NCBI GenBank assembly: GCA_963836075.1
Contig: CAWIIB010000008.1
Location: 32,001-96,000 of the forward strand
Origin: an uncultured Acidobacteriota bacterium
GTDB lineage: Bacteria; Acidobacteriota; JAQAZP01
Length of the DNA: 64,000 nucleotides
Reading direction: 5' to 3'
Positions 11,902-20,591 of this stretch are shown piece after piece. The translations under genes and the position numbers were made by a program. The notes below the pieces were generated by a model that worked only from the letters and a program-made list of their open reading frames with translations, had not been told where the DNA came from and did not search any database. Position 1 is the stretch's first letter. Each line of letters opens with the position of its first letter.

Positions 11902-12447
11902 TCAGGGGAGCAGGTTGAGGTGGTAGAGGTCGGCCACCTGCTCCAGAGGGAAGGAGGACTGGGGCGCCAGCACGTTGCGGGTCAGCCGGTGGACGGTCTT
12001 CTCTTCACGGGCCCGTTCCTCGTCGGTGGGGTTTTCCAGCCCCAGCCGGGAGAGGCGGGAGATGTGGATCAGTTCGTGGGTCAGGATGTAGAGCAGGAAG
12101 GGGTAGAGCGCCGGCGCGTTGGTGCGGGTGGAGACCGCCTCGAGGATCGGGTGATCGAAGAGGTGGATGCGGTAGAACTCCTCCGGAGTATTCCCGTGGG
12201 TGTAGCTGATGGTCTCGGCAAAGACACCCTGCCTCAGCGACCCGTCCGGGATGTCCCGTTCGGTGAGCACGTCGTAGCTGAAGTGGAAGAACTCCCGGGG
12301 GGCGTAACGGTAGAACCGGTTCAGGTGGTCCGAGGATTCCGTGGTGGCCTGGTACACGAGGCGGCGCTGAAACTCATCGAATCGCGAGCGTCGCGGTGCG
12401 TCGGCCGTGGGGGGGCTGCCGCCGTTCATCGGTCGCTGTCCAGACAA
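11902..12447 (-). CDS. Hypothetical protein with HExxH zincin motif
   Basis: LTHELIHISR followed by a downstream EE; typical codon usage; start may be 12429. Confidence 0.7.
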   Translation of the reverse strand: MSGQRPMNGGSPPTADAPRRSRFDEFQRRLVYQATTESSDHLNRFYRYAPREFFHFSYDVLTERDIPDGSLRQGVFAETISYTHGNTPEEFYRIHLFDHPILEAVSTRTNAPALYPFLLYILTHELIHISRLSRLGLENPTDEERAREEKTVHRLTRNVLAPQSSFPLEQVADLYHLNLLP

Positions 12448-12450
12448 GAA

Positions 12451-12473
12451 AGGCCCGGATCGAACCCGGGCCT
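12451..12473 (-). terminator. Hairpin terminator after the FmdB-family gene
   Basis: AGGCCCGG/CCGGGCCT stem followed by TTCTTGT on the minus strand. Confidence 0.5.
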
Positions 12474-12505
12474 CCAGAGGAATTTCTGGCCGTCGGCGGG
12501 ACGGC

Positions 12506-12784
12506 TCAGTCGCTTTTTTTCGTTGTGCTGTCAGTGCTGGATCCGCTGTCAGCTTTTTTCGGACTGCTGGAATTGCTGCCCACCGAGGCGGCGCTCCGCC
12601 CCTTGTCCTTGGTCTTGTAATCGGTGACGTACCAGCCGCTTCCCTTGAGCTGGAACGAACTGCGAGAGATCAGTTTCTCCAGTTTCCCCCCGCACCCACA
12701 CGTGCGAAGGGGGTCGTCAGAGAATTTCTGAAGTTTCTCCACCACCTCGCCGCATGTCTGGCATTGATACTCATATATTGGCAT
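12506..12784 (-). CDS. FmdB-family zinc-ribbon regulatory protein
   Basis: MPIYEYQCQTCG...C-CGG...FQLKGSGWYVTDY signature. Confidence 0.92.
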   Translation of the reverse strand: MPIYEYQCQTCGEVVEKLQKFSDDPLRTCGCGGKLEKLISRSSFQLKGSGWYVTDYKTKDKGRSAASVGSNSSSPKKADSGSSTDSTTKKSD

Positions 12785-12851
12785 CTTAATCACCCCTTGC
12801 CGTCAGTGGTGTCAACCCTCTTCCCCGGTCCAGGACCGATCAGGAGACCTA

Positions 12852-12880
12852 TTTATAGGACTCAGCGGTCCCGTTGTCAA
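12852..12880 (-). promoter_or_regulatory. sigma70 promoter for the FmdB-family gene
   Basis: Minus strand reads TTGACA-N17-TATAAA. Confidence 0.65.
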
Positions 12881-12978
12881 CCCGAAATTTTCCCGGCCGG
12901 TGCTGGAAGTCGGGTCGTACAGGTGGTACTCTTAGTGGATCAGGGTGATGATTACGCGGGGCCATCAGGGGTTGGAGC

Positions 12979-14100
12979 TTGCAAGTGATTTTATCCGATG
13001 AAGTTAGCGGCTCAGTAGTGGGTGCGCCGCCGGCACCGCGCCGGCTGCTGGTCCGTCTGCCCAACTGGATCGGTGACGTGGGCATGGCCACACCGGTACT
13101 CCGGGCCCTGCGCACGGCCTTCCCCGACACCCGGATCAGCTGGCTTCTCAAATCTTACCTGGTGAACCTGATTTCAGGCTGCGGATGGTATGACCACCTG
13201 CTGCTCCTGGAGGGCGAAGACGGCGGCGGCCGGGCCGAAAACCGGGTGCTGCTCTCCCGGCGTCTGCGGCGCCAGCGGTTCGACACCGCTTTTCTCTTTC
13301 CCAACAGCTTCGGGTCGCTGGTCCCGATCTACCTTGCCGGGATCCCGCGACGGATCGGGTACAACCGGTACGCCCGCGGGTGGATGCTCACCGAGGCGGC
13401 CTCGCCGCCCCGGGACCGGCAGGGGAACGTCATGCCCATGGCCATGGTGCCCTACTATGCCCGCCTGCTCCGCCTGCTGGGCGTGGACGACATCGACCTC
13501 CGCCTCTCCCTGCCCTATGACCCGGCCCTGGACCGCGAACTGGACCGGCGGCTGCTGGCGGCCGAGGGGTTTGATCCGGCGCTGCCCCTGGTCTGTTTCC
13601 ATCCCGGGGCGGCATACGGGGCAGCCAAGTGCTGGCCGCCGGAATATTTTGCCCGGCTGGGTGATCTGATTCTCGACCGGTTCCGGGTCAACCTGGTGGT
13701 GACCCTGGGACCCGGTGAATCAGAACTGGAGCCGCTGATCAGCGGCCCGATGAAGAACCGGGCCCACTTTCTCCAACTGCCCCTCGGCTTGCTGCCCCCC
13801 CTGTTCAGGCGTATCCACCTGCTGGTGACCAACGACACCGGTCCGCGCCACATCGGGGTGGCCATGGACCGCCCCATGGTGGCCCTTTTCGGCCCCAGCG
13901 ATCTTCGCTTCACTGACTTCCACATGGAAAAGACCGTTCTGCTGAGACGGGACGACCTGCCCTGCCTCCCCTGCTGCCGGCGGGTCTGTCCCCTGGGGCA
14001 TCACGACTGTATGAAAGGGATCCCGGCCGAGCAGGTTTTTTCCCACGTCGAGCGGTTATTGCTCGATCCCGCCCACGGACCGGTTGAGAAACGGTCCTGA
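12979..14100 (+). CDS. waaF: Lipopolysaccharide heptosyltransferase II (GT9)
   Basis: LPNWIGDVGMATP, PGAAYGAAKCWP, VTNDTGPRH, ALFGP and CPLGHHDCM motifs; start uncertain. Confidence 0.85.
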   Translation: MQVILSDEVSGSVVGAPPAPRRLLVRLPNWIGDVGMATPVLRALRTAFPDTRISWLLKSYLVNLISGCGWYDHLLLLEGEDGGGRAENRVLLSRRLRRQRFDTAFLFPNSFGSLVPIYLAGIPRRIGYNRYARGWMLTEAASPPRDRQGNVMPMAMVPYYARLLRLLGVDDIDLRLSLPYDPALDRELDRRLLAAEGFDPALPLVCFHPGAAYGAAKCWPPEYFARLGDLILDRFRVNLVVTLGPGESELEPLISGPMKNRAHFLQLPLGLLPPLFRRIHLLVTNDTGPRHIGVAMDRPMVALFGPSDLRFTDFHMEKTVLLRRDDLPCLPCCRRVCPLGHHDCMKGIPAEQVFSHVERLLLDPAHGPVEKRS

Positions 14101-14214
14101 TCGTCCGATAAAGAAAGAGAAGGAAGCGTTTTTCAGGGCAACAGCACGTCGGCCGCGCCGGCGGGTGGGGAGTTCCTGCCCGGGTGCCGCCGGCGTGATT
14201 TCAACAGGTCTGCG

Positions 14215-14859
14215 ATGAACGATATCTCCTCCCGGGAAGAGGAATTTTATCCGCGGTTCGAGCGGTTCAAGGCCCGGATGCGCGAGCTGCGCGGGTTGCG
14301 GGTGAACCAGTTCATGGGGCTTCTGGACCAGAACCAGCAGAAGAAGGTGCTGCTGATCGAGAAAGAGGTGGAGGAGTTTGTTCGCAAGTTCGCCTACGGG
14401 GGCGGTCTCTCGCCCCTGCTCCAGGAGGGCATCCTCACCGCCTTCAACTCGGACCAGGTGATGCGCCGGCGGATCGAGCTGCAGAGCGCTGACGCCGGCC
14501 CCGGTGGACTGACCAGCATCCAGGCCCGTGAGGCCAGGAAGGCGGAACTCATCGGGGGCGCCTCCACCGGACCATCCAAATCTTCCCCGGCCGGCACCGG
14601 CCATGGGAACGGGGGCAACGGCGCGCGGAGCACCGGGTTCTTCACTCCCACGATGGCGGAAATCTCCCGCCAGGCCTGCACCCTGATGGGCGGCAAACGG
14701 ATCACCGACCAGAGTCTCTCCGCCCTGCAGAAGGCCATCTCGCGCAAGCTGGGGGGCAATGGCAATGGCGGCGACCCGGTGGCGAGCCGGCAGGTGAAAC
14801 TGTCGCTGACCAGTGCGGGTAAAGTGAGTATCCTGGTGGACGAAGAGGCGGGCCGGTAA
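14215..14859 (+). CDS. Hypothetical protein (helical N-terminus, Gly-rich linker, small C-terminal domain)
   Basis: 214-aa ORF with genome-typical codons filling the gap between waaF and the HD-GYP gene; no motif confidently recognised. Confidence 0.7.
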   Translation: MNDISSREEEFYPRFERFKARMRELRGLRVNQFMGLLDQNQQKKVLLIEKEVEEFVRKFAYGGGLSPLLQEGILTAFNSDQVMRRRIELQSADAGPGGLTSIQAREARKAELIGGASTGPSKSSPAGTGHGNGGNGARSTGFFTPTMAEISRQACTLMGGKRITDQSLSALQKAISRKLGGNGNGGDPVASRQVKLSLTSAGKVSILVDEEAGR

Positions 14860-14880
14860 GCGGGACGTGTTTCGTTCGGA

Positions 14881-16509
14881 TCAGTCCTGGTCCTCCGTCT
14901 CCCAGGATTCCTTCTGCACCGCAATAACCTTGTCCAGACAGCTCATGAAGACCTTGACCACGCCGGGGTCGAACTGCGTGCCCGAGCACCGTTTGATCTC
15001 GGCCACCGTCTCGTCGAGGCTTCGTCCCTTGCGGTAGGGCCGGTTGGTGGTCATGGCATCGAAGGTGTCCATCACCGACATGATTCTCGACTCCAGCGGG
15101 ATATCCTCACCGGCCAGGCCGTCGGGATACCCAGTGCCGTCGAAGTTCTCGTGGTGGTGGCGGATGATCTCCTCCAGGTCGAAGCCGTAGAGGTTCTTGA
15201 CGATCTTGCTGCCCAGCACGGGGTGCTGCTTCATGTCCTCGTACTCGTCCCTGGTCAGCTTGCCCGGCTTGGAGATGATGGCCTCCGACACGCCGATCTT
15301 GCCGATGTCGTGCAGGATGCAGGCGATCTTCAGGTTGTACTGCCGCTCCTCATCCAGATTCATCTCCTGGGCCAGAACGTGGACGTAGCGTTCCACCCGT
15401 TCGCAGTGCCCCCGGGTGTAGCAGTCCTTGACCTCGATGGTCCGGGCGTGGGTCATCACCGAGGAGAGGAACATCCGGCGGAACTCTTCCCGGTGGCTGG
15501 CGATCAGGTAGTCGTGGATCAGCGCGCTCTCCACTTCGCCGAGGTAGAGGTCCAGCAGCGGTTCGTTCCTCGCGATCTCGGTCCGTTTGTCGAACCCGAG
15601 GTAGAGAAAGCCGAGCAGCAGGTCCTGCTCCAGACGGAAGATGTGCACCGAATGGTTAGCCGGCTGAATCTGGATGTGCTCGGGTAGGGTCCCGTCGTCC
15701 AGATGCATGGTGACCTTCTGCTCCGGGCTGCTGAGCCACTGCAGCGGCGGACTCTCGAACCCGTTGGCCCCGCGCCCCATGGCGTCGTAGTACATGTTGC
15801 GGTTGAACTGCTCCTGCTCCCCGGTGCGGGTATAGAGGACAAAGGTGTCTGGGGCGAAGGCGCCGATGCAGAAGTCCCGAAAATCGGCCAGTTTGGGCTG
15901 GATATTCAGCGTCTCGCGGGACTTCTGGCCCAGCATGCACAGGCTGGTCAGGGTCTGGTTGAGGTTGAGCAGTTCCTCCGTCCGTTTGGCCACCTTCTGT
16001 TCCAGGTGCTGCTGGTACTCGCGGTTTTCCTGCACCAGGCGGTATTTTTCCAGTGCCCGGGACAGGGTCGCCTCCAGCTCGCGGAGCTGAAACGGTTTTT
16101 CGATGAAATCGTAGGCTCCCGATTTGAGGCTGGTGATGGCCGTGAGCCGAGTGGCGTTGCCGGTGATCACGATCTGGGTGATGTCCTCGTTCAGCCGGGC
16201 GATGTTTTCCAGCAACTCGAAACCGTTCATCGCCGGCATGTTGAGGTCGGTGAAGACGACACTGTATTCCTGGTGTGAGTCGGCGAGGATTTCCATGGCG
16301 TGGCGACCGTTTTCGGCGGCCTCCACCCGGTGCCCCCTCATGGTGAGGTAGTCCTTGAGGACCTGGCGAATCTCGTCGTCGTCGTCCACCACCAGGATTT
16401 TCTTAGGGTTGATATCGGGGCAGAGATTCAGGGGCAGCGGGCTGGTGGCCAGCGAGACGCTCTGCTGGTCGATCTGGGGCAGCATGGTTTCCACCGTAGC
16501 CTCGCTCAT
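14881..16509 (-). CDS. Response regulator with HD-GYP cyclic-dinucleotide phosphodiesterase domain
   Basis: REC (ILVVDDD, FTDLNMP, KPF), coiled coil, GAF-like segment, then GHCERV, LHDIGK, HHENFDGTGYPDG and RPYRK. Confidence 0.92.
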   Translation of the reverse strand: MSEATVETMLPQIDQQSVSLATSPLPLNLCPDINPKKILVVDDDDEIRQVLKDYLTMRGHRVEAAENGRHAMEILADSHQEYSVVFTDLNMPAMNGFELLENIARLNEDITQIVITGNATRLTAITSLKSGAYDFIEKPFQLRELEATLSRALEKYRLVQENREYQQHLEQKVAKRTEELLNLNQTLTSLCMLGQKSRETLNIQPKLADFRDFCIGAFAPDTFVLYTRTGEQEQFNRNMYYDAMGRGANGFESPPLQWLSSPEQKVTMHLDDGTLPEHIQIQPANHSVHIFRLEQDLLLGFLYLGFDKRTEIARNEPLLDLYLGEVESALIHDYLIASHREEFRRMFLSSVMTHARTIEVKDCYTRGHCERVERYVHVLAQEMNLDEERQYNLKIACILHDIGKIGVSEAIISKPGKLTRDEYEDMKQHPVLGSKIVKNLYGFDLEEIIRHHHENFDGTGYPDGLAGEDIPLESRIMSVMDTFDAMTTNRPYRKGRSLDETVAEIKRCSGTQFDPGVVKVFMSCLDKVIAVQKESWETEDQD

Positions 16510-17063
16510 GAAGGAATATTCAGGCGCTTCATCTTCTCGATGAGCGTCGTCCGGTTGATGTTCAGCAGACGGGCAGCCCGGCTCTTGACCCAGTCAGTGC
16601 GCTGGAGCGCTTCCTCGATCAGGTCCTTTTCAAAGCTGCGCACCGCGTCTTTGAATTCCAGCTTGCCGTGTCTGGCGTGCCGCGTTGACCCGTTGCCCGG
16701 CGTCGGCCGGCCGCCGCGGCGCAGCGCATTCTTGATGTCCTGGATGCGGATCGGTTTGTCGATCCAGCAGTCCACCGGCCCGTCGGCCGCCGCTGGGCCC
16801 GAGTCTTTTCCCGACGGTGCGCGGGTGGCCAGGATTACCGTTCCGGGGAGGCAACGCTTGATCTGCCGCAGGGTGCCCATCCCGTCCCGGCGGTGCAGGT
16901 CGCTGAGAATGAAGTCGAAGGAGAACTCGCGCACCAGGGACAGGGCTTCCTCGTCGCCCGGTGCGGTGATCACTTCGTAGCCCTCGCGCTTGAGGGCAAA
17001 GGCGAGGGTCTCCTGGACCTGCTCACTGATGCCCAGAATGAGAATGCTCTTGTCCCGTGTCAT
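16506..17063 (-). CDS. Atypical receiver domain fused directly to a Fis-type HTH (no AAA+ domain)
   Basis: REC fold (GYEV..A, FILSD, WIDKP) lacking the N-terminal acidic pair; C-terminal FEKDLIEEAL...AARLLNINRTTLIEKMKRL; ATGA overlap with the HD-GYP gene. Confidence 0.8.
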   Translation of the reverse strand: MTRDKSILILGISEQVQETLAFALKREGYEVITAPGDEEALSLVREFSFDFILSDLHRRDGMGTLRQIKRCLPGTVILATRAPSGKDSGPAAADGPVDCWIDKPIRIQDIKNALRRGGRPTPGNGSTRHARHGKLEFKDAVRSFEKDLIEEALQRTDWVKSRAARLLNINRTTLIEKMKRLNIPS

Positions 17064-17148
17064 GACGAACCCTGAATTGTCACGGCCGCGCAACCGGGAC
17101 AGTTCTCCGTTCAACCGGTGGCACCCGTAATTTTTTCGATCATTTTGT

Positions 17149-17177
17149 GTATCGGAGAGTTGGCGCGATGAGATGAG
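17149..17177 (-). promoter_or_regulatory. Candidate sigma28 (FliA) promoter of the REC-HTH/HD-GYP operon
   Basis: Minus strand reads CTCATC-N15-TCCGATAC, with the same geometry and CCGATACA core as the flgM promoter. Confidence 0.5.
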
Positions 17178-17235
17178 GTGAAAGTTGCCGGCAATGTCAG
17201 AAAATGGACATGCTCCGGATCTGTTGATGGCCGGG

Positions 17236-18648
17236 TCAGCGGGCGGGGCCGTCCTCCTGCTGGTTGATCCGTTTGATTTTCTCCACCAGGGTGGTCCGCT
17301 TGACCTGCAGCAGCTCGGCCGCTTTTTTCTTGTTCCCCCCGGCCCGCTTCAGGCTCTGGCGGATCAGCCGCCGTTCCAGGGTGGCCAGCACTTCGGCCAG
17401 GTTGATCCCTTCCTCGGGAACGTCATAGGAGCCGAGCAGTCCGTCCTCCGGAGTGTCGCGGATTTCCGGCGGCAGGTCGGCAGGGAGGATGGTTTCGCTG
17501 TCCGCGGAGAGGGTCACGGCCCGCTCGATGGCGTTTTCCAGCTGCCGCACGTTGCCCTTCCAGTCGTAGGCCATCATCTGGCGGATGGCCGACTGATTGA
17601 TGGTTTTCACCGACATTTCCTGTTCCTTGCAAAACTTGCGCAGGAAGTGCGCGGCGAGCAGGGGGATATCATCCTTGCGCTCGCGCAGCGGCGGCAGTTT
17701 GACCGGGATCACGTTGAGCCGGTAGTAGAGGTCTTCCCTGAACAGTCCTTGCTGGACCGCTTCCTCCAGGTTGACGCTGGTGGCGGTGATCACCCGCACA
17801 TCAACTTTGATGGTCTTGGTTCCGCCGACGCGCTCGAAGGCCCGCTCCTGGAGCACCCGGAGCAACTTCACCTGCAGGTTGGGGGTCATGGTGCCGATTT
17901 CGTCGAGGAACAGGGAGCCGTTGTTGGCCTGCTCGAAGCGGCCCAGGCGGTCCTTGATCGCCCCGGTGAACGCTCCCTTGACGTGGCCGAACAGTTCGTC
18001 CTCCAGCAGGGTTTCCGGGATCGCCCCGCAGTTCACCGAGATCAGCGGGTTGTCGCGGCGATCGCTGTTGTAGTGCAGGGCGCGGGCGATCAGTTCTTTG
18101 CCGGTGCCGCTCTCGCCGGTGATCAGTACCGTGCTGTTGGTGTTGGCCACTTTCTCCACCAGGCGGAACAGCTCCTGCATCTTTTCATTGATGCCGACGA
18201 TGCTGTCGAAGCGGTACTTGCTTTTCAGCTGTGACCGCAGGTAGCGGTTCTCGTCGCGCAGCTGCTTCTGGTCGATGGCCTTGCGGACCAGGATGGTCAG
18301 TTCCATCGGCTTGAACGGCTTGGCCAGGTAGTGGAAGGCCCCCATCTTCATCGTCTTGACCGCCGTCTCGATGGACGCGTAACCGGTCATCATGATCACT
18401 ACGATATCGGGGTAGAGCTCCAGGGCCCGGGAGAGGATCGTCTCGCCGTCCACCTCCGGCATACGGAGGTCGGTGATCACGATGTCGTAGACCTTCTCCC
18501 GCAGCTGCTGCAACCCCTGCGGGCCGCTGTCCGCTGTCTCCACCTCGAAGCCTTCACGCTCCAGCACTTCGGCGATGGAGCGGAGCATATCGAGTTCGTC
18601 GTCGATGATCAGGATCTTTTCTGCATCGGGCATGATGGTTTTGCTCAA
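17236..18648 (-). CDS. sigma54-dependent response regulator (REC-AAA+-Fis HTH) with FleQ/FlrA-like recognition helix
   Basis: ILIIDDE/ITDLRMP REC, GESGTGKE Walker A, GAFTGA, FLDEIG, FREDLYYRLNV, WKGNVRQLEN and RTTLVEKIK; start may be 18633. Confidence 0.93.
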   Translation of the reverse strand: MSKTIMPDAEKILIIDDELDMLRSIAEVLEREGFEVETADSGPQGLQQLREKVYDIVITDLRMPEVDGETILSRALELYPDIVVIMMTGYASIETAVKTMKMGAFHYLAKPFKPMELTILVRKAIDQKQLRDENRYLRSQLKSKYRFDSIVGINEKMQELFRLVEKVANTNSTVLITGESGTGKELIARALHYNSDRRDNPLISVNCGAIPETLLEDELFGHVKGAFTGAIKDRLGRFEQANNGSLFLDEIGTMTPNLQVKLLRVLQERAFERVGGTKTIKVDVRVITATSVNLEEAVQQGLFREDLYYRLNVIPVKLPPLRERKDDIPLLAAHFLRKFCKEQEMSVKTINQSAIRQMMAYDWKGNVRQLENAIERAVTLSADSETILPADLPPEIRDTPEDGLLGSYDVPEEGINLAEVLATLERRLIRQSLKRAGGNKKKAAELLQVKRTTLVEKIKRINQQEDGPAR

Positions 18649-18707
18649 ACCTCTCAGGCGTCACATCTCTGCGTCAATATATTGATGATATATGTTAAGG
18701 TGCTATA

Positions 18708-18736
18708 AATATAACAATTATAGACAGAAATGGCAA
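18708..18736 (-). promoter_or_regulatory. Candidate sigma70 promoter of the sigma54 activator gene
   Basis: Minus strand reads TTGCCA-N17-TATATT in an AT-rich stretch. Confidence 0.55.
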
Positions 18737-18931
18737 GCCAAAATCTTGACAAGTCGTATCTGCTCCGCCCCTGGCCCGGTCTTTCATGCTCTCGGCCGTC
18801 TCGGTGATGCCCTTCGCGAGTCTAATGGAAATGGGGAATCGTGCCGATACGTGATGCATACAGGCCGCTTATGGAGGTTTTCGCCCCGAACAGAGGGTCC
18901 ACCCGCCCGGGATACCGGACCAACCCGAAAT

Positions 18932-18977
18932 GTCAAATCGATGACAACCAGAAGCACCACTGTGTCATCATATTGAC
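18932..18977. promoter_or_regulatory. Tandem enhancer (UAS) boxes GTCA-N6-TGAC
   Basis: GTCAAATCGATGAC (18932-18945) and GTCATCATATTGAC (18964-18977), 32 bp apart and ~145-190 bp upstream of the sigma54 promoter. Confidence 0.65.
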
Positions 18978-19118
18978 TATCTTTGTCTGCCATTCCCGCC
19001 GCCCGCTTTGCGCTCCCACACCACCGCTTACTCTTAAATTATTCTAATGAAACAGCTTGACCGAATTGTCGGCTGCCCGCAGCCATCGAAAATATTTGGC
19101 CGGAATGTGGAAAAAAGC

Positions 19119-19134
19119 TGGTACTGGAATTGCA
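19119..19134 (+). promoter_or_regulatory. sigma54 (-24/-12) promoter upstream of fliA
   Basis: TGGTACTGGAATTGCA gives GG(19120-21)-N10-GC(19132-33), close to the TGGCAC-N5-TTGC consensus. Confidence 0.7.
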
Positions 19135-19340
19135 GTATGTCAGAGCCTCTGATGAAGGTTGGGTAGCGATCCCGCAAAAGAACAAACGAATCGGAAACAG
19201 ATGTCAATCCATGGAACAGATCGTTGCTTCGCCGAGGCCAACGCGGGCAGTACCGTGCGCTCAGTTCCGGAGGCATGACAGGTGCAGGACAGGGCCGGCC
19301 CGGCCGGCCGGACGTTGATAATCCACAGGGGGTCAGGTTA

Positions 19341-20111
19341 ATGCAGCAGCACAGTACCGTAGAACAGGCCTGGAAGGGATGCAAGGCCGGTGGTTTTCAA
19401 GGAGACCGGGACGAACTGATCCTGGAGTTCATGCCGCTGGTCAAATACCTGGCCCACCGGGTGGCGGTGAAACTCCCGCCGCACATCGACGTGGGAGACT
19501 TGACCAACTACGGTATAATCGGACTGGTGGACGCCATCGAGAAGTTCGACCCCTCACGCAACATCAAGTTCAAGACATACGCCGAACTGCGCATACGCGG
19601 TTCGATCATCGACGGCCTGCGCGACCTGGACTGGGTGCCCCGTTCCATTCGCAAGAAGCGCAAGGAGCTGGAAAAAGCTTACCAGACCCTGGAACAGAAA
19701 CACGGCCGGCCGGCCCAGGACGAGGAAGTGGCCACCGCGCTGGGGCTGGACATGAACAAGCTGCACCACCTGGTGGACCAGGTGAAGGGCGTCTCCCTCG
19801 GCGGCTTCAAGGACCTCAGCGGCAACAATCCGGACGACAAGTTCGAGGAGAGCCTGATCGGCTACATCCCCGACACCACGGTGGATGACCCGTTCCAGGT
19901 CTTCCAGAAGAGCGAACTGAAATCGATCCTGGCCGGTGCCATCGACCAGCTACCGCAGAAAGAGCGGCTGGTGATATCGCTCTACTATTTCGAGGAGCTG
20001 ACGATGAAGGAAATCGGGATGGTGCTCAACATCACCGAGTCCCGGGTTTCCCAGCTGCACACCAAGGCCGTGTTCAGAATGCGCGGCCGGTTGAAAAACA
20101 CCATCGCCTGA
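19341..20111 (+). CDS. fliA: RNA polymerase sigma28 factor (FliA/WhiG family)
   Basis: PLVKYLAHR, DAIEKFDP, FKTYAELRIRGSIIDGLRDLDWVPRS and LYYFEELTMKEIG..LNITESRVSQLH; start taken at ATG 19341. Confidence 0.93.
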   Translation: MQQHSTVEQAWKGCKAGGFQGDRDELILEFMPLVKYLAHRVAVKLPPHIDVGDLTNYGIIGLVDAIEKFDPSRNIKFKTYAELRIRGSIIDGLRDLDWVPRSIRKKRKELEKAYQTLEQKHGRPAQDEEVATALGLDMNKLHHLVDQVKGVSLGGFKDLSGNNPDDKFEESLIGYIPDTTVDDPFQVFQKSELKSILAGAIDQLPQKERLVISLYYFEELTMKEIGMVLNITESRVSQLHTKAVFRMRGRLKNTIA

Positions 20112-20238
20112 AACCGGAGCCGCGGCTCCGGGCCGCGGCGCGCCTCAACCGGCATCCGGCCTTTGGCTCTGAATCAGGGCATCCCGCCATTCCCGGGGAG
20201 CGTCTTCCCGGGGCTCTGTCCGCCGTCCGTGGAATCCC

Positions 20239-20267
20239 CTCAAGCTTTGCTCTCATTTGACCGATAC
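20239..20267 (+). promoter_or_regulatory. sigma28 promoter upstream of flgM
   Basis: CTCAAG-N15-ACCGATAC, resembling the TAAA/TCAAG-N15-GCCGATAA consensus. Confidence 0.65.
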
Positions 20268-20288
20268 AGTGGGTAGCCGACCTAGACA

Positions 20289-20591
20289 ATGATTGCTGGC
20301 GGCGCATGGGAGGATATGGTGCGCTTGATGAATACAAAAGAAAAAAATGGAAACCTGACCTATTTCCCGGAAAAAATGTGGAAGCGGGAGCCGTCCGGCG
20401 AAGACCATGCGCCCGAGGCGGACCAGCCGCCCATTACCGGGGAGGTTTTGCTGAAGACCCTCGAGGAACCGTTCGAGTCTGCCGGACGGAACCGGCGGAT
20501 CGCCCGTCTGCGGGAAAAGATCCTTGCCGGCCGCTACCACATTCCCGCACTGGAACTGGCCGATCGGATGATCAGCGGGGACGTTTTCTGA
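20289..20591 (+). CDS. flgM: Anti-sigma28 factor FlgM-like protein
   Basis: C-terminal RNRRIARLREKILAGRYHIPALELADRMI matches the FlgM R..kv..lk..I..G.Y.v....iA.km pattern; directly downstream of fliA; start uncertain (20289-20328). Confidence 0.72.
   Translation: MIAGGAWEDMVRLMNTKEKNGNLTYFPEKMWKREPSGEDHAPEADQPPITGEVLLKTLEEPFESAGRNRRIARLREKILAGRYHIPALELADRMISGDVF

Noticed and set aside
12451-12473. GGGTTCGATCC on the minus strand as a tRNA T-arm or tRNA fragment
   Set aside because: No cloverleaf or acceptor stem is present; it fits a simple terminator hairpin.
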